Positions 60,209-64,000 of a DNA stretch of 64,000 nt are shown one piece after another. The first letter of the stretch is position 1. Each line of letters begins with the position of its first letter. Made by a program: the position numbers and the translations under genes. The stretch is taken from NCBI GenBank assembly GCA_003210095.1, contig QCNP01000003.1, positions 3,503 to 67,502 of the forward strand, in the 5' to 3' direction. This DNA comes from Pelagibacteraceae bacterium AG-426-E17. GTDB lineage: Bacteria; Pseudomonadota; Alphaproteobacteria; Pelagibacterales; Pelagibacteraceae. The notes below the pieces were generated by a model, which saw only the letters and a list, made by a program, of their open reading frames with translations, made no database searches and was not told the DNA's origin.

Positions 60209-60526
60209 ATGATTAAAGAAATTAAATTTACTGATAATGCGATAAAACAAATAAACCATTTGTTATCAAAAAAGGAAAAAGGATCTTTTTTTAGAATCGC
60301 TATCAAGGGTGGTGGGTGTTCTGGTTTTCAATACAATTTTTCTGTTGATACTGAAAAAGAGGATGATGATATTCAATATAACAATATTCTAATTGATAAA
60401 ACTTCAGCTGATTTATTAAAAGGATCTGAGGTTGACTTTGTTAAAGAATTAATTGGTGAACAATTTAAAATTAGCAATCCACAAAGTAAATCATCTTGTG
60501 GTTGTGGTGTCTCTTTTTCTCTATAA
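60209..60526 (+). CDS. erpA: Fe-S cluster insertion protein (HesB/IscA/ErpA family)
   Basis: GGGCSGFQY, NPQSKSSCGCGVSF; dgt/erpA/xth synteny. Confidence 0.85.
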   Translation: MIKEIKFTDNAIKQINHLLSKKEKGSFFRIAIKGGGCSGFQYNFSVDTEKEDDDIQYNNILIDKTSADLLKGSEVDFVKELIGEQFKISNPQSKSSCGCGVSFSL

Positions 60527-61302
60527 TGATAATAAGCTCGTGGAATGTTAATTCTGTAAGAGCTAGAATAAATAACATTAAAGAATATCTTAAAAAATCT
60601 TCTCCTGACATTGTAATGATGCAAGAAATAAAAACTGAAGAAAAAAATTATCCTTTTGATGAATTTAAAAGCCTTAAATATGAAAGTTATGTTTTTGGAC
60701 AAAAAAGTTACAATGGTGTTGCCTTTATATCAAAGGGTAAATTAAACAATATAAAACAAAATATCTTTAAAGATAAAATGAAACAATCGAGAATAATTTC
60801 AGGCGAATTAAGTCATAAAAAGAAAAAAATTAATTTAATAAATATTTATACTCCAAATGGAAATCCAGTAGATACAGAAAAGTATGATTATAAATTATAT
60901 TGGTTAGATAGTTTTATAAAAACAATAAAAAAAAATTTAAAAGAAAATAGTAATATTATTATAGGTGGAGATTTTAATATTATTCCTGCTGCTGAGGACG
61001 TTCATAATCCAAAATCATATGAAAATGATGCTCTGTTTAGATTAGAAATAAGAAAAAGATTTAGAGAGATTATTAATTTAGGTTTCTTTGACACGTATAG
61101 GTACATTTATCCTGACAAAGAAGGTTATACTTTTTGGGATTATATGAGTGGAGCATGGCAGAAAAATAACGGTATGAGAATTGATCATTTTTTAGTCTCA
61201 AGTTCTTTAATAGATAGTATTAAAGATGTTAAGATAAATAAATATCCAAGAGGTAGAGAAAAACCCTCAGACCATACACCTATAGAAATAATAATTGATT
61301 AA
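60526..61302 (+). CDS. xth: Exodeoxyribonuclease III
   Basis: SWNVNS, QEIK, YNGVA, GDFN, RIDH, SDH; ATG 60526 overlaps the erpA stop. Confidence 0.95.
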   Translation: MIISSWNVNSVRARINNIKEYLKKSSPDIVMMQEIKTEEKNYPFDEFKSLKYESYVFGQKSYNGVAFISKGKLNNIKQNIFKDKMKQSRIISGELSHKKKKINLINIYTPNGNPVDTEKYDYKLYWLDSFIKTIKKNLKENSNIIIGGDFNIIPAAEDVHNPKSYENDALFRLEIRKRFREIINLGFFDTYRYIYPDKEGYTFWDYMSGAWQKNNGMRIDHFLVSSSLIDSIKDVKINKYPRGREKPSDHTPIEIIID

Positions 61303-61308
61303 ATTTAA

Positions 61309-62319
61309 TTAAGAACAATCCTTTAATGCGTTGGACATATCCTCAATTAAATTAAAATACATATTTTTACTTTTATTTATAGTCGCACCTAACGGATCAA
61401 GAACACCAGTTTTAACACCTGTGTCACTTGCAATAGATTTAATTATTGCTGGATTAAATTGAGGTTCTGAAAATATACATTTTACTTTTTTTTCTCCAAT
61501 GACTTCTCTTATTTCAGATAATTGTTCAGCACCTGGCATTACATCTGGATTAACAGTTAAAGCACCTACTACACTTAAACCAAATCTTTTTTCAAAATAT
61601 TGATAAGCATCGTGAAAAACTACAAAACTTGCATTTTTATTTAAGTCTTTTTTTATTGTTTTTGTTAAAGCATCTAAATCTTTTAATAAATTTTTTGAAT
61701 TTGATTTATAAGTTGAACTATTGGCGCTATCAATTTTTACCAATTGATTAGTAATTTTTTTTACTATTACTTTTGCATTTAAAGGGTCCAACCAAATATG
61801 TGGGTCGTATTCACCATGAGCATGACCATGTTCGTCATGTCCATGGTCATCATGACCTTCTTCTTTTTTTGCGTGTTCTTCATCTCCATGATCATCATGA
61901 TCGTCTTCTTTTTTACCATGTTCATCATGTCCGTGATCATCGTGGCCCTCAAAGATATTCTTTTCTCTAAATTTCAATTTCTTCAATCCACTTTGATCTA
62001 AAAGTTCAAGAACTACTGAATTTTTAGGAATTGATTTAAGCGCTGTTGGTAAAAAACTTTCAAGGTCCTCACCTACCCATATAACTAAGTCAGCTTTTTG
62101 TAACATTTTAGCATGTGAAGGTTTAATTTGGAAATTATGGGGAGAAGCAACGCCATCAATAATTAAACCAGGCTTTCCAACGCCGTCCATAATATAACTA
62201 GTTAATGAATGGAGAGGTTTAATTGAAGTTACGACATTAACTTCTGCTTTTAGTGGGGTAAAAATTAAAAAAAAGCTTATGATTGGTGCAAATAATTTAT
62301 TTCTGATAATATTTTTCAT
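61309..62319 (-). CDS. znuA: Zinc ABC transporter substrate-binding protein
   Basis: VVTSIKPL, SPH, His/Asp-rich loop, DPHIW, FHDAYQYFE, SEPQF. Confidence 0.95.
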   Translation of the reverse strand: MKNIIRNKLFAPIISFFLIFTPLKAEVNVVTSIKPLHSLTSYIMDGVGKPGLIIDGVASPHNFQIKPSHAKMLQKADLVIWVGEDLESFLPTALKSIPKNSVVLELLDQSGLKKLKFREKNIFEGHDDHGHDEHGKKEDDHDDHGDEEHAKKEEGHDDHGHDEHGHAHGEYDPHIWLDPLNAKVIVKKITNQLVKIDSANSSTYKSNSKNLLKDLDALTKTIKKDLNKNASFVVFHDAYQYFEKRFGLSVVGALTVNPDVMPGAEQLSEIREVIGEKKVKCIFSEPQFNPAIIKSIASDTGVKTGVLDPLGATINKSKNMYFNLIEDMSNALKDCS

Positions 62320-62343
62320 GTTTGAATATCTTTATAATTAATT

Positions 62344-62372
62344 GTTATAATATAACTTTGTAATAATATAAC
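62344..62372. promoter_or_regulatory. Tandem Zur-box-like palindromes between znuA and znuC
   Basis: GTTATA-A-TATAAC (62344-62356) and GTAATA-A-TATAAC (62360-62372) resemble the proteobacterial Zur core GTTATA-N-TATAAC. Confidence 0.75.
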
Positions 62373-62400
62373 GTAAGAAAAACAAGAGATATTTTATTAA

Positions 62401-63153
62401 ATGACGCAACAAAATCAGACACTGGTAAAATTAGAAAATGCTGGAGTACTAGTTAATGAAAAATGGCTGGTTAGAGGCGTTTCTCTAGAAATCAAAAAAG
62501 GAAAGATAATAACTTTAATAGGTCCAAATGGTTCGGGGAAATCAACTACAGCAAAAATCACTTTAGGATTGTATAAAAATATAGAAGGCAGGGTCGAAAA
62601 ATTCACTAACAAAATAGCCTATGTGCCTCAAAAAATTAATATTGATTGGACTTTGCCTATAAGAGTTAATGATTTTATGAATTTAACAAGTAACTTAAAA
62701 AAAGAAGAAATAGAAACTGCTTTAGAAACTACGGGGACGCCACATTTAAAAAATAAAGATTTAAAAAGTTTATCTGGAGGAGAATTTCAAAGGGTTCTTA
62801 TGGCTAGGGCAATAGCAAAAAAACCGGAGCTTTTAGTGTTAGATGAGCCTGTTCAAGGTGTTGATTTCAATGGTGAGATAGCTTTATACGAGCTGATAAA
62901 AAAAATATCAGATACATTAAATTGTGGAATATTACTAATTTCTCATAATCTACATGTAGTTATGTCTAAAACCGATCATGTTGTATGTTTGAATGGACAT
63001 GTTTGCTGCTCTGGTACACCGATAGATGTTGCTAACAATGAAAAATATCAGGAGTTATTTGGTAAAGATATTTCTAAAATATTATCTGTCTACGAACATT
63101 CACATGATCATATTCACAAAATTGACGGAACAATAGAAAAAAAAGAAAACTAA
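62401..63153 (+). CDS. znuC: Zinc ABC transporter ATP-binding protein
   Basis: GPNGSGKS, LSGGEFQR, LDEP, C-terminal HVCCSG and His-rich tail. Confidence 0.95.
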   Translation: MTQQNQTLVKLENAGVLVNEKWLVRGVSLEIKKGKIITLIGPNGSGKSTTAKITLGLYKNIEGRVEKFTNKIAYVPQKINIDWTLPIRVNDFMNLTSNLKKEEIETALETTGTPHLKNKDLKSLSGGEFQRVLMARAIAKKPELLVLDEPVQGVDFNGEIALYELIKKISDTLNCGILLISHNLHVVMSKTDHVVCLNGHVCCSGTPIDVANNEKYQELFGKDISKILSVYEHSHDHIHKIDGTIEKKEN

Positions 63154-63956
63154 TGTTAGACGATTTTTTTGTAAGGGCTTTGTTAGTTGGCATTGGAATG
63201 GCTTTAGTTACAGGGCCTCTTGGATGTTTTGTAGTTTGGAGAAGATTATCATTTTTTGGAGATACATTAGCTCATTCAGCATTGTTAGGAGTAACTTTAT
63301 CTTATACGACTGAAATTAATATGGCTCTTTCTGTTTTTGTTATTTCATCTATTGTTGCTTTAATATTACTAAAGTTACAAAAAAAAACAAATTTACCTGC
63401 AGATGCTTTACTTGGTCTGTTGGCCCATTCATCTTTAGCAATAGGATTGGTGGTTATTGGTCTTTTAGCTACCATCAGATTTGATTTAATGGGACTTTTA
63501 TTTGGGGATATACTTGCTGTTAATGTCAACGATATAGCTGTTGTTTGGATAGGTGGTGCCATAATTTTAATGGTATTAAGAATAATATGGAAACCTTTGT
63601 TTGCATCAACTGTAAATTATGAATTAGCTGAGGCAGAGGGAATGAAACCTGAAAAATATAATGCAATCTTTACAATACTGTTAGCGGCAATAATTGCGAT
63701 ATCCATTAAGATGGTAGGTTTATTATTAATTACCGGAATGCTCATTATACCAGCAGCGATGGCAAGAAATTTATCGGATAATCCAAATCAAATGGTAATA
63801 TTTTCAATTATTGGTGGTTTGTTATCAGTTTTTATAGGATTATTTGCATCATTGGAGATAAATACTCCATCGGGTCCATCGATAATAACCACAGGTTTAA
63901 TATTGTTTATATTATCATTAACTAAAATAAAAAAAAAATCACAATTGAATAACTAA
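63153..63956 (+). CDS. znuB: Zinc ABC transporter permease
   Basis: GCFVVWRR...GDTLAHSALLG, LFGDILA, PSGPSI. Confidence 0.95.
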   Translation: MLDDFFVRALLVGIGMALVTGPLGCFVVWRRLSFFGDTLAHSALLGVTLSYTTEINMALSVFVISSIVALILLKLQKKTNLPADALLGLLAHSSLAIGLVVIGLLATIRFDLMGLLFGDILAVNVNDIAVVWIGGAIILMVLRIIWKPLFASTVNYELAEAEGMKPEKYNAIFTILLAAIIAISIKMVGLLLITGMLIIPAAMARNLSDNPNQMVIFSIIGGLLSVFIGLFASLEINTPSGPSIITTGLILFILSLTKIKKKSQLNN

Positions 63957-64000
63957 ATATAAATTGATAAAAAAGAATATGGCACAAAAACAACAAAATT

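Noticed and set aside
63979-64000. Start of a further gene (MAQKQQN...) after znuB, possibly zur
   Set aside because: Only 7 codons are visible, too few to identify.

Overview
A 64-kb, very AT-rich, tightly packed alphaproteobacterial chromosome segment. Gene content and synteny indicate Pelagibacterales (SAR11); this is inferred, not database-confirmed. Most of it is core housekeeping: hppA, plsX, rplM-rpsI, argC, hom, recJ, metG-holB-tmk, recG, tgt, gyrA, ssb/uvrA, secDF-yajC, serS, tatABC, scpAB, argS, xth, znuABC and four tRNAs (Glu, Pro, Ser, Lys). Three things stand out. (1) Gene orientation flips from mostly + to mostly - at about 15 kb. At that point a Cre-like tyrosine recombinase has a lox/dif-like 15-7-15 inverted repeat immediately upstream of its start codon, and the two perfect KOPS octamers I found point at it. 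This is a candidate single-recombinase chromosome-dimer-resolution system at the replication terminus. (2) An unannotated ~180-nt GC-rich, apparently pseudoknotted RNA lies divergent from that recombinase and upstream of ogt. (3) A ~1.5-kb integrase-less islet is inserted in tRNA-Glu, with a 36-bp att duplication, paired 11-bp-period arm-type repeats at both ends and an IHF consensus. All motif scans were done by eye.
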